Part shown: piece after piece, positions 51,509 through 64,000 of the stretch
Layout: every line of letters starts with the position of its first letter
How positions within the stretch are numbered: position 1 is the stretch's first letter
Origin: Octopus bimaculoides
Lineage: Eukaryota
Direction of reading: 5' to 3'
Assembly: GCF_001194135.2 (NCBI RefSeq)
Contig: NC_068988.1
Location: 51,702,833-51,766,832 of the forward strand
Length of the DNA stretch: 64,000 nucleotides
The notes under the pieces: model-generated
Told to the model about the DNA's origin: nothing
Database searches by the model: none
What the model saw: only the letters and a program-made list of their open reading frames with translations
Program-made: the position numbers and the translations under genes

Positions 51509-54028
51509 CACACACACAGCATGGTACATTTGGTTTCCTTCACTGGTTATGCTATTCTCTGATAAAGATTACAAAACAATAAGACTTAAATAGAAAGTGA
51601 GTGCATTTCCCTGATAATTCACAATTGAAATCACTGCCTACATTTTGTTTTAATAGATAATATTAAAAATGTGATTGCACAACATTCTGAAATAGCTTAC
51701 TTGATATGATAATCGTGCATATATACTTGACATATAAATAAAGTATTATTATATATTCAACATAGTTCTTCATAAAAATACCAAAGTCTTCCCAAAATTC
51801 CATATTCCTAGCCCACTTTCACATGAAAGCTTACACTTAAGACTTATACTTTATGAAAAACTATTGCAGCTTTTAAATCTGCAGCACTGCCTAACTCGGC
51901 AAATAGTTTTAGGTAATTGCCACCTTATAAGGTTGGCAGAAGAAAAGGAAAAGTACACATCTACAAAATTCCTTCACAATATCAATGCTAGCTTCTAAAA
52001 TCAGTCTCAGCTAATTCCTTTGACACTTAAACTATAATACTACTACAATGAATACAAACTAGATCTTTAAAATATACTTATAAAAAGCAATATTTACATA
52101 AAGCAAAACTAGAAAGTATCTTATATTCTAGGTTTAATTACATTGGTTTACTGAGATACCATGAAAGTACCCTAACACTGTTACTTTGTGTAGCCATTGT
52201 TCCTACCTTATCATACTTGAACAAGCTGTTGCTATTGAAAAACTGAAATTCCAACCATCAACAGTGAAAGAGCAACAAGTGGTCTATTCAAACTTACAGA
52301 AAGAAAAACAGCAATGGACTCAGTAATAGGGTAAGAAACAGGCAGTGCAAATTCAGCATGTACATGCTTCTAAGTGGTACTAAGAGCACTAACATAATAG
52401 TATACACAATCAATTTGAAACCTACAAGTTTTGATTGATGGTCATTGTTTAGACCAGGTCATATCTGAAGAAGCAGATCTGACAAAAGGCAATATAGGCC
52501 ATAACAGTTCTGTCTTTCTTCATCAAACTATTTTATCCAATATGTACCTCCATTTTTAAGACACTGGGAGGCTTGTTAGTTAAATTTAGCAGATCGAAAG
52601 CTATCATCTTGTGAATGTTGATGGCTCTGAAAAATGTGATTTGATAAGGACGGAGTAAAGGGCCAAAAGAAACTTGTAGATGAAATATGATTCAAGTTCC
52701 TATTTTCCCTTTATATCATATCATTTCAAGCCTATGACCCTAATTATATATATATATTTTTATCAAAACTTTTGTCTATGCTGTCAATATCACTTGAATA
52801 TGCCTTGAACGTGAGGTAGAGATAAGTGTTCACAAACACAAAAGAATAAAGTTAGAAGATTCAGGATAGAATCATTTTATTGTTATTTACAAAACTATAA
52901 CAGATGCAATTAAATTTTAAACAAGTTGAACACGTAACACATGAGAATACAATCAAAGCATTAAAACAAAAAAGCTAATACTATTATGGACATTCATTTT
53001 AGCAATCAGCAGTTAGCTTCCATATAACTGAAAGATTTCCAACTTTGGCACAAGGGTATAAGCTAACTTTACTCGACATCAGTGCACGACTTATTTTATC
53101 GACAGGAGACGAATGAGAGAAAACTGACATAGTAAAGAGATAAAAGAAAGAACAACTATGTTATTCAATAAAATTCTGTCTATTTCTACAATCAGACTTC
53201 ACAATCAGACTTCAAATAATTAAATAACGAGTTGATTGATACTGGATAAAACGTATTTTTGAAATAGGCAATCTTGTGATTAAGGATTAGTTAGTACTAC
53301 AGGCAAAACACGGAGGCAGAAAGAGAAAAAAATAAAGGTAGTAAATAAGTTGTATTTATAATCATAAAATGAGTAAAGGAAGACCATTTCGAAAGCACAT
53401 GGCAGCAAAAGCGGAGATAAGTGCTTTAATATTGGGAAAGAGATCAGGCTGTAACTGAAATACCATTTCATTTAAGGCAGTGGTAGAATAGTCGAATAAA
53501 GCGTTTCCAGGTTCCTCTCCGTTGTAAAAGAAAAAAAACTCTCCACAGCTACTACTACTAGTCATATGCGGCATTATCTACTGCTATGAAACTAGAAATT
53601 GAGGTGGACTTGTTTCACGCATTTACATGCACTTTCGGAGAAACGAATACGTACACCGACACTAATAAAAATGTCTTCAGAAATGGCTTCTCCATCCAAG
53701 AATTTCCGAGACAGATGGACGCGACTAAACAGCCATGGCTATCTGACATTATCTTAGCCGAGAATTTGTGTTGAAGCTAATGCCTGCAAGGTAGAGAAAC
53801 AGGAAGAACTCAACACAATTTCATAACAAGACAATGTGTGCCAATGAATGTGTGTATATGTGTGTGTATTAAAAAAATCAATATGGTCACCTTGACACAT
53901 AACCAAGGTAGAACGTTAATCAGATTGACACACACTACACAACTCAATCATAACGACTTACACACACAAAGCTCAGCCGGACTGACAATACACCACAGCT
54001 TAACTGGATTGTACACACAAAATTCAGA

Positions 54029-54060
<32 letters not shown>

Positions 54061-55258
54061 TAAACAGCCTTACTATGGAGACAGATAAAATGCCCAATGC
54101 CAAAGACATCATCTAAACGCATTGTCTTGCTTAAGGTATTGAGAGAGAGAGAGAGCGAGTGGGGGGTACGGTCAGCTGGTAATGAATAAATACATTTCTA
54201 GAAATGTCACGCAGTAGAAAGCAGACGATGTTAGAACGTTTACGAATGATTTTATAAGATTGAAGCATTCAGGGAAGTAATAAATCCCTATAACTTGGTG
54301 GATAGTGGTTTCTTTCCATGAGCAGGGAAGATAAAGTTTCCCCAAGGACTTCAGTAAATTATTCTAGTATGAATCGAAAATCCTCAGTTTACGAAGAAGT
54401 CTCAATTTACAGTTCTCGATAACCATAAGGCTTCGATTTAAATCAATTTTAAACCAACCTTGAAGCAACTCACCCGTCACAAGAGCTTCAGTCCATACGA
54501 AACTAAAAATTACAGCATAGACTCTAGAATCGGGACTTTAATCGGAAATAATAATTAATAATAAATATATGTAAGCAACAGATGACTGTTAGATGCTAAC
54601 GCATGTACATAAAAGGATATTTTTGATAAGAATTGCTGGTTATTGAATGTCCATTTAACTATAAATGTTCAATATAATCAATGAAAAATAGTAAAGGGTT
54701 GCAGAGACTGGCAATGGCCAGAGAGGAGATAACGCAGTGGACAGCAGAAACTAGCAGACCATCGTTGTGTCTGTCCAACAGCATAATGATGCGTTTTATA
54801 GCACGCAACTATTCGAAATTTCATAAGCAACAAGCAAGCCGGTTTATTTTAATATTGAAGCACTTTCTGAAAGAGACATATTTTGAACATTAAATATTTC
54901 TTTTATTAGTAATTACTCATTCGTAGTGATTAGCTACTATTTCTAACTGGTTGAGAGGCTACATAAAACTTACTGTCTGAAGAAATAGCAGTCAAATCTT
55001 CACTAAATCACATACCAGTCTTCAAAAGAGGGATGCATTAAGGATAATGTAGTTCTCGATTTTGTCTACATTTAAAGATGTAATAGCCACGGTTTGCACT
55101 CCCTAAGATTAAAGCTCATATCATATAGAGTACAAATGAAACACATTGCTATCCAGACTCAGCAAAGTGAAGGAAACATTATCTATTTATCAACTGTTAT
55201 AGACTGAAAATAATAAATGTTACCAAAAGTAGGTGAGAATTAAAAGGTAGAGATGGAC

Positions 55259-55606
55259 TATATGTAATCTGAACCTTTCCCCCCCTTATTTATTAATTTT
55301 TTTTACGGAATCCCACGTTTTAGGCTATGGAGATTCCGATTCTGAAAAAAAAATTTTTGAAAAATTTCAATCCCCCCCCCACCACCACCACCAAGCAGGC
55401 TATTTACATGCTAGAAATAACAGCCAAATCTCACAAAACTAGTGTTAGGGTTAGGTTTACCCTGTGGATCTATATAAAAACCGGGGTGGGGGATCGAAAT
55501 TTTGAAATTTTTTTTTCGGAATCGGATTCTCCATGGTCTGAAACATAGGATTCCGTAAAAAAAAACAAATTTTAAAAGGGGGGGGGGGATACCCAGATTA
55601 CATATA
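55259..55606. mobile_element. Palindromic MITE with about 125-bp arms
   Basis: The left arm tatatgtaatctg..ttttacggaatcc..tggagattccgattc.gaaaaaaa..aaaatttc.atccccc is mirrored at 55485-55606. The spacer contains TTAGGGTTAGGTTTA. Confidence 0.85.
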
Positions 55607-58454
55607 CTCCATCTCCACCAATTAAAAGGTTGTTTTTATTAAACTGTCACAATTCCGATTTGTAGTCATGAAACTAGACATAAATAATACGTGAGCACAA
55701 GAGAAAAGTAGAAACAGGTAAGAAACTAGAGACCAATCTAAATAATAATAAACATACAGCGAACATATTTCTCGTCACGACTGAAGATGGAAATGAATAA
55801 ATAATGAGTAGATTCTCTCCACACACAGAGATTTACAAAGCCTCTAAACATTCGCTCGAACTGCTTGAAACAAGAGCTAAAATCTCCTAAAAATTGAAGC
55901 CTATTAATTTTTAAAAAGGACATTGGACAGTGTGGTCCTAGAAAAACAAAAGAGAAGACTGTCATGGTCGGAACGCTTCTGACTGTTAGTCGACACAATC
56001 AGAACTGAACACACACACACAAACAATCTGACATGGCCGACAGTTAATCATGTAAGCAGGTGGTGGTGGTGGTGGTGATGGTTGCCACGTGTGGTACCAG
56101 AGATAAAGTCAATGTTGGTTTTACTGTCACGCTAATAATCAACTGAAGTGAAGTCATCAGTATAAAATTAGAAACAACAGTCGCTCGCTGTTTGAAATAA
56201 CAATAAAATGATTTTGGTAAAAGTAGTAGATATAACGAAGATACCGCAGAAGTATCAAACCGGAGAACACCAGTTTGCCCCAGCCAACGTGAGATTATCT
56301 AAACTCACAATCGACTTGCTATAAAAAAAGATTTTCCTCAGTTTTTTTTGTTTGCAAAAGTAAAGATATTGGATAATATACATAGTGCACTGCCTTATAA
56401 AAAAAGATGCGATAGTCGTGGTTCGGAGCAGGTGTGTGACCAGAGGTAAAAACCGTCCCACGTTGCTAAAACCACTGGCAAAAATCTTACATATAGCTAG
56501 GATTTATGTCATGTGTTAAGAAACTGATCTCATCTGGAACAAGATAGGATGGTCTTGACTGGAACATTTTTGATCTAGGACTAAAACAACAGGCCTTTGA
56601 CCAACTCTAACACTGTTCTATCTTTTATTTTTCTAGTTTATAAACAGCTTGCGAGAGAGAGAGGGAGAGAAAGAGAGATTTGTTACGCTAATAGTACTAA
56701 AGTAAACTTGATAATTATATGCAACAAAAAGAACTGCTACGAATTCAATGCTTGGCTGGCTAGTAAAGAACGAAAAAATTAACAACATTGGGGAAGAGGG
56801 TCAGAGGTCGGATAGAAATTATATGTAAACTACTGTCCGAAACACAAACACATCACATGGTTTAGAATTTAACCAAAGTAAGACATGAAGCCAAAGAATG
56901 ATTGTGATTAAGTGGAGGTAGTAAAAACCAACGATTCTAAGGCGAAAAAAATCGACATTCTGCAGAGTGAACAGATTGTGGGACACGAAAAATTACTGGA
57001 AACACAATGTGATGTATAACATGCGAAGCAGAGTATATAAACAGTGATATAAAGAGGAAAAAAGAAAAACGCCTACTTAACTCGCAGGCTTAAAAAACAT
57101 TCCAAATATCAACACAACCAAACGCTCTAACGGAAGGAAGAAAGTACGTAAACTATTTTAGTATGGATCTAAGGAATAAGATTGAGTATGACCCCTCTTA
57201 AGATCTGAAAAGCCGAGGTGCCAGGCACACACAAATTGTAGTAGAATAAACACTCCGCTAAGGTATTATTCAAAGTGCGAATGAAATAATAAAAAGAGTA
57301 CTCAATAGAAATGCCATAATTTAAAAAGAGTAAAACATAAGTCTATCGAGCAGTTCTCACTTCGTATTTTGTAGACATATCCATCACACACAGGCACGTG
57401 GCATTGCGGTTAGATTAAGGCCACGGGCTTCGATTGCTGTGCTAATTTATCTTGAACGAATCGTCCCTCATTCCATTTCCTCATCGAGTTTACTACCGTC
57501 GGCGTTCTTATTTAGGTGTTGAAGCTGTTCACCTACTGAGCAAAACGGTTCATTTCACGTTGCTCCAATGGGCTGGTACAACCCTCTTTTTCCCCCTGTA
57601 GTTATCACATCTTGGATGCTTCCCGAGGATCAAGAGGCAGAGCGGTCTTTCTGTCTGCTCAAGACGACATAGGCACCTAAAACAATTAGCAAAAGTGCAT
57701 GCGCACGCACACACATGAACCATCGCATTTCTCGAAGTAATTTGCATATATCCCACCCCGTACTGGGTTAGCAAAAGAGAACACAATAAACAATGATATA
57801 CAAAAGGGATGATGTACACAACTGAAACGACAGATCATAGATCTGCTCGGTTAAGTTGAACGGGGTTAAACAACATGCATGTGTATTAACCAAATTCGAA
57901 GCCAGTTTAATCATAAATATTCATCAGGCTGACCCGATTAAATAGTTTGGCCAACAAAAGTGCCCCAGCTAAAGCTTTCTACAAATGTCTTAAAGACTAC
58001 GTCATTCAAGGTTTCCTTTCTTTCAATGATCTTATTCGTAGGCATTGTGAAATCGATGAGATCAACATGGCTAGTGCTATTAGACAAAAGCAGGGACTGC
58101 AGGCGAAGAATTTCTGAGGACTCACGTCTCTAGGAAGGAAGAAAAGATTGAAATGTGATTAGTGAGGGACTATGGATGACGAATACACACTATGCGTTAT
58201 GACCAAGTCGGATGGGCCGAAATAGAGATAACACGAGATTAGTCAGCTATATATTAGCAGTGAATGAGACAGAAGTAGGAATTGCTATCTTTTAGCAGAT
58301 CAGGCAACCTCGCAGAAGCTCTCTCGTTTGCTCGATGAAGTTAGCATATTGTGTTACAATATTATTTGAAAACAGACGACAACCATAAATGAACAGTTTT
58401 CAGTAAGTAATACCAATCGACAAAAGTATTACTTATCTGGATCTGAGTTATTCT

Positions 58455-58668
58455 TTTCTACTCTAGGCAGAAGGCCCGAAATTTTGGGAGAGGGGGGGGG
58501 AAGTCGATTAGATCGACATCAGTACGCAACTGGTACTTAATTTATCGACCCCGAAGGATGAAAGCAAAGTCAACCTCGGCGGAATTTGAATTCAGAACGT
58601 AAAGACAGACGAAATACCGCTAAGCATTTCGACCGGTGTACTAACGTTTCTACCAGCTCGCCGCCTTC
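58455..58668 (-). mobile_element. SINE family A, best-preserved copy
   Basis: Complete ggcggcgagctggtagaaacgttag...gaattcaaattccgccgaggttgactttgc...ggggtcgataaattaagtaccag with CpGs retained. Confidence 0.88.
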
Positions 58669-61242
58669 TGGATCTGAATAATTGCTGGAAGTGTTAGCTA
58701 TATCTCTCTCAAATTACATCCTACTGTCTAGTACATGATATACAAAAAGGTGGGATGATGAACACGATCAGAATGCTTTGATCAATCGGCCTGCTCGATC
58801 AGATTGACCCGAGGGACTAAACAATAAACATGTGTGAATCAGACAGCGGGGGTCCAATTCTTGTTTAGGAGTGTAATAGCAATCGACATCATTACTGCCA
58901 TATACAATAGTAACAGTGGAATGATGTAACAGAACCTCTGGTAGCAGTATTAAAGAAACCCAACTATGGAATCAACAAACACACATTGCCTGTTGAGTAA
59001 CAAATTACTTTTACAGGTTGTAGCAGCTTCGTTGTCAAGGAAACAAAGATTGCAATTAACGGAGGTATATTCCTCGAACAAGCCAACAAATTCTACCATC
59101 ACTCACAAGCCGTAGTAAGCAAGGTGCACACAGTACACACTGCTGTAAGCTGAAATGAGGATTACTGTATATCATCAGCTAATTAGACATGGAGAACAGA
59201 CAGGCAACTTTTACTCTGACTATTCAGATTGCTACTGCAGGCGATGGACTAATTAAATATTGTAAAATAATCCTGATTATTATTATTATTATTATTATTA
59301 TTAAGGGAGCTCTCTAAAACGATACAGTCGAAGTATTTGCCCTTAAGCAGACCCTTTCTCACAGCAGGAGGTCTGTCAGTTAGGGAGGGCAATTCAATTG
59401 ATAAAAAAACATGCAGTGGGGGACAGCTTTAACACCCACATAAAAACACCGATGATAGTAAGCTACGTTGGTGAGGATATGGAGCGAGGGGGGTGGGATT
59501 TGTACAAGATAAATTAGGACAGGAAGGCAAGGAGACCAGTTGGATCTCATTCATAACTTCTAACAATAGACAGTAAGAGAAAATGTTTCTTCATTGGGTA
59601 GCTTAAGTGGTACTGAAGAGGGAGACTAAATTTTGAAGTAGGGATGGTAAAGAGATATTAGTACAAGGCTGTAAAAGGGGACGTATATACTAAACTAGTT
59701 TACACGCAGTACGAAACTTAACATTTTCAAGTGTTTAACACTTCAGCGATTTATTCATCCACCTGCCTCCAGCTTTCAGCCCAAACAAAGTGAACTGGTT
59801 GGTATTGATATAGATTTAACAAAATGGTGTTAGAAATAATGAAATAAAGCTGGTTTAATCCACGTAGATATCACCATAAAGGAATGTCTGTCGAGAGAGG
59901 AGGGGCAGTTAGTAATAATCGAAAGATAAAACGTACAGAAAATTAAGAAATGATGATAACTATAACGTCAGAAAGACATTGGTTAACACAATATAAATAA
60001 TTGTAGGTGATTAACTTGTATTTTAGATTAATCATCCCCCGCACTATTATAGCGCTGGAATATGTGACGATGACAGCAAATAAATTTAGATGAGCTATTT
60101 ATTTAGACATTTCATTAATCAAGAAACAGATAATAACGATAGAGAGGTTGACGTAAATAAAATTCGCCCTCACCGCCAAAGGATCGTAGATTGGGAAAAT
60201 TGAAAACGACATGTGATGAAATAATGGCGACTGGTCCATGCGTAGTTGGTGCAACAACAGAACAAGGCGGATAATAGGAGGCAACTGACAATTTCAATGA
60301 GATTGGAAGATATAAACAGCATTATTTATATATCACACACGTTAAATAAAAATTTAACAGCACAACCATTTTGCTACATTGAATTATAAATGAAAAAAGA
60401 TGAAGACAGAAAGCTAAAAACGAAATGCGTTCTAATGAGTTATATACAAGAGCTGGAGGTGAAAGCTAGTAAAGAGCCATGTAACCAAACCATCTCTAAA
60501 ATAACTAATGTTAAACGTGATTACAATTATTTTAGTTATTATAACAAAGCTAACAGAACAAAAGAGATAGCCAAAGATGGTCTTCTATAAGATGACAAAC
60601 CATATAAAAAATACTGTCAGGTCTTAAAACCTTGTTCAAGAAGTAAATTATATTTTTCCTTTTATCTACCGTTTCCATTACCAAAATATCAATAGTATGG
60701 CGATGTTCTTTTTTTTTTTTCTTTTAAATATACTAAGAATAGTAGGAAAGTAAACCAAACGGATTATTAACGATTGGAACAAGAATCTGAAAGTAAAAGA
60801 GACTAAACAGAAAAAAAAAAAGAAAAATTACAGATGGTGACAGATCGAATCACAAGAGTCGCAATGGCACCACCAGCAATATTAGTTAGCTACAGTAGTA
60901 GCAGAAGCAGTATCGCGGTAATAAGAACATAGTAAATGAGTTTAGTAGTAGATGTCTATATATAGCCAAACAGTGAGTTACATACACCATGGCGAGAGAT
61001 AGATAGATGTACAGCTCATTACAGTCAGACTAGACAGACACAATCAGACGATATTCCATTGAGAAAAAGTGTGAGTGTGGGAAAGACAGACATTAAATGA
61101 TAATGATGGTAATGATTTCTTGCCCAATATAAAATAACGTTTGCGTTTTGCAGTATGTTTACACATGCACACACATGTGTATAGGGCTGTATGTCAGTGT
61201 CTCATCTCATCCCCTCTGTAAGTAGAGGGTAGGAACAAATAC

Positions 61243-61289
<47 letters not shown>

Positions 61290-61310
61290 CATATGTACGT
61301 ATGTATACAC

Positions 61311-61624
61311 ACACATTATGTACTCATAAAAATAAGAGCCAGCAATAAAAATCAATAATGCTAAATGGCTACGTAGACAGAGAGAGAGAGTGAGAGGCTC
61401 TCAGCAATTACAATCTGACCGATCACACATACATAAGTATATGCAGGTCTGTCTCTCACATANNNNNNNNNNACACATTATGTACTCATAAAAATAAGAG
61501 CCAGCAATAAAAATCAATAATGCTAAATGGCTACGTAGACAGAGAGAGAGAGTGAGAGGCTCTCAGCAATTACAATCTGACCGATCACACATACATAAGT
61601 ATATGCAGGTCTGTCTCTCACATA
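61311..61624. other. Duplicated block of about 152 bp across a 10-N gap (61463-61472), probably an assembly artefact
   Basis: 61311-61462 is repeated from 61473, differing only by one AG unit in the (AG)n run and bounded by microsatellites. Confidence 0.85.
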
Positions 61625-61633
61625 CGTACGTAC

Positions 61634-61682
<49 letters not shown>

Positions 61683-62731
61683 CACGGATAAATTGATTTC
61701 TTGTAGTTCTTGAATCAGTAAGAAAAAAAAATTACCGTAGAATAAAAAAAAACAACATATTTAATACCTGTTGAGGAAATTAGTTGTATTCCATCACTTA
61801 AAGAAGGTAATATTATATACATATAATGTATGTGTGTGTATGTATGTATACACACTTCGCATATTTGTGTTGTATGCGTTTGTTCTGTATATACGCACAT
61901 ATGCGAATGTATGTGTGTGTATATATATACATATATATATATACATACATATATATGTGTGTGTGTATGTATGTATACACTGGTGTATGCATTTAAGTCT
62001 CAAATTGCGTGTTTAATTCAAAACATAATTATTGTTTTGGATCATAGTTCACTGAACAATGGATGATTTGAGTGAGAAGATAATATATTGTTTTTATCTG
62101 GACATTAGAATCACCCAATTAAACTGACCTTACTCAGAGGTCGGGTTTAATGTGCATTGAAGGTGTGAGATAGGGTTAAGAAACCAGAATTTATAATATA
62201 TATATTCCTGTAGCCAACGTGTAAATGCGTTTATGTGTATATGTTTAGCCCCAAATCAGCACTGATTACGCTAGAAATATCAGCCAAATTAAAGACGTTC
62301 CAGTCGCAACCATCGCGAACGTTTGTACATTTAAGACCATAGAACAGAATTGTTTAATGAATCCCTTAAGGAAGAGGGAGGATATGGTGCGATGTGATAT
62401 GAGGACTTCGCTGCTGTTTCTAGCAAATCGAGCGATCACACAGAGACACCCGTCATATGTGGTGAAAACACATTCAGGACCTGGTAGATTGCTTATACAT
62501 GAATGTTCCCGTCAGTAAGAATTATGGGGGTAATATAGATTATATAATGCTGTAGGTGTTTTCAGTAACAACAGATTGGATATTACAGAACAGTGTACAT
62601 GTATGTGTTCTATGGCTAAGTGCATGTACGTATATACGTACGTAAAACTATAGATCTTAAAGCAAATATCAACTGGCTAATCAATAATTAAACTGAGCTA
62701 TCAATGAAACCACACTTTGAGATATATATAC

Positions 62732-62773
<42 letters not shown>

Positions 62774-63353
62774 GTATATATTAGTACAATGATTACAGCT
62801 CGATGCCAGACACAACCAAACCGTGATTGTGCCCCATTATATGTAATGTGTACAGGTATCTGTATTTGAATAGCAGGAGTTATTGAAATGGGAAATACAA
62901 GACTTTCTTTCATACTATCCCAAAATGGTGATGATGTAACGTCAACTGAACAGAAAAAACCCCCCAGAAATACAGTATACTACTGTAACTATGTATGAAC
63001 AAGGAGCATATACAAGGGCCTTCGAATTACTAGATATAGCAGCCAAAACAGGATGTGAGAATAGTCATAGACAGTCACAACTTAGGTATACTAAACTAAG
63101 ATTGATGATTTAGGACTAACAGACAATAGATGATCAAACAACGATGTCAACTACAAATTTGTACCCAATCTACGGACTATGTCGTGAACAACTTCAATAT
63201 ACCCATTATCTTCAATATATAGACATACACACTATGCAATTTTTAGAAATATGAAGAAAAAATACAGCAAAAGCAAGTACCGTTAAGTGAAGCTAGGTAA
63301 CGGTTTAACTAAAAAATATATATTTATATTAAATATATTATTTATATATTTAC

Positions 63354-63401
63354 CTGAACAGAAGCTCCACAACCGTTCTCCTTACTGTTTTTCCCCGGAA
63401 T
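63354..63401 (-). CDS. uCC upstream ORF, part 1 (AUU start) in the first exon of the ODC gene: IPGKNSKENGCGASVQ
   Basis: Minus strand reads cagcaag-ATT CCG GGG AAA AAC AGT AAG GAG AAC GGT TGT GGA GCT TCT GTT CAG|GTAAAT. The ATT has A at -3 and is followed by CCG, like the AUU-CCG start recalled for AZIN1-type uCCs. There are 16 open codons ending at a phase-0 donor that joins the PPW exon in frame. Confidence 0.85.
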
Positions 63402-63414
63402 CTTGCTGATTGTG

Positions 63415-63562
63415 GACTAACACATTAAAGCATAATACAGCCAAAGGAAAAATTGACACACCGGCGTTAGAATGTAAAGCGTAATTGATTCGCCTTCGAC
63501 TTCCTATCAGAGTGTGACACCGGTGAAACAGGCTGCGCACAGGTCATGTAAAATGTTATATA
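63415..63562 (-). promoter_or_regulatory. Candidate ODC core promoter / 5' end
   Basis: TATATAA at 63562-63556 lies in a CpG-containing patch. An Inr-like TTAGTC at 63420-63415 lies just upstream of the uCC AUU. The TSS cannot be determined from sequence. Confidence 0.45.
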
Positions 63563-64000
63563 CGACGCCGCGCATGTATACAAATGTGAGTAGTCTAGCG
63601 GAGGAACAAAGTGGTTGAGGAGGTGTAGGAGATAAAAACATATATCTGAGAGAAATTTTAGAAAAATATTAAAACGAGAGAATGTTGGTAAAAGTTCTAA
63701 CAGGTAAAAGTAATTGTAAAAAAAATTAAAAGCTTATGATACATTGCACTACGTGACTATAAGCGTGATTATGTATGTAAGAATGTGCTACTTTTCTCTC
63801 TTTCTCACTTACTCATTTTCTTTCTTTATCTCCCTCAACAGTCTTTCCCCACCGACTCACTTATCTCATTTGCTGTCTGTCCTCTCTCTTTATCCCAGTG
63901 TGTTCTTCCTCATTTTCTCTCTTTATGTCTTTCTACATTTCTCTCTCTAACTTCCTCGTTTTTCTCTCTTCCGGTCTCGCTTATACGTACGCACACACAT

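Noticed and set aside
53362-53574. 70-aa minus-strand ORF (…QPDLFPNIKALISAF…)
   Set aside because: At best it faintly resembles a hAT C-terminal dimerisation segment. There are no splice signals or TIRs to support a gene or element call.
56086-57400. CACGTG E-boxes in intron 1 (56086, 57395), tempting because mammalian ODC1 is a Myc target
   Set aside because: They are 6-7 kb from the 5' end, a few hexamers are expected by chance, and the second seems to be in a decayed SINE head.
1-64000. CRISPR arrays, rRNA genes and prokaryotic operon features
   Set aside because: None were seen. The window is intron-rich eukaryotic DNA and its periodic repeats are simple microsatellites.

Overview
This is an AT-rich, microsatellite- and SINE-dense animal genomic window with four N-gaps. 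The repeat families point to a cephalopod, most likely Octopus (inference). One gene can be fully reconstructed, on the minus strand: an ornithine decarboxylase (ODC) homologue. It has 10 coding exons (37069 to 26062), 1383 nt including the stop, giving 460 aa, with all GT-AG junctions in phase and the catalytic motifs intact. The main hidden element, absent from the supplied ORF track, lies in the 5' leader. Two further exons (63401-63354 and 47311-47177), separated by a 16 kb intron, splice into an AUU-initiated 49-codon upstream ORF: IPGKNSKENGCGASVQ|GGCSGLYYIENPEGFCHFKRKFNFNAEPPWDPS*. This is the polyamine-sensing 'uCC' class known from antizyme inhibitor/ODC mRNAs. Other candidate regulatory layers are two overlapping mini-uORFs, a 182-nt cassette exon that would destroy the uCC, a 27-nt in-frame microexon, and a stop codon built into the last intron donor. 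The rest is mostly transposon relics: tRNA-type SINEs, RTE and CR1-group LINE fragments, mariner, hAT, piggyBac and Helitron-like elements, and palindromic MITEs. CpG content changes visibly near 53 kb. No second protein-coding gene could be established. Comparisons to human ODC1/AZIN1 are from memory and need alignment. Repeat boundaries are approximate unless a TIR or TSD is given.
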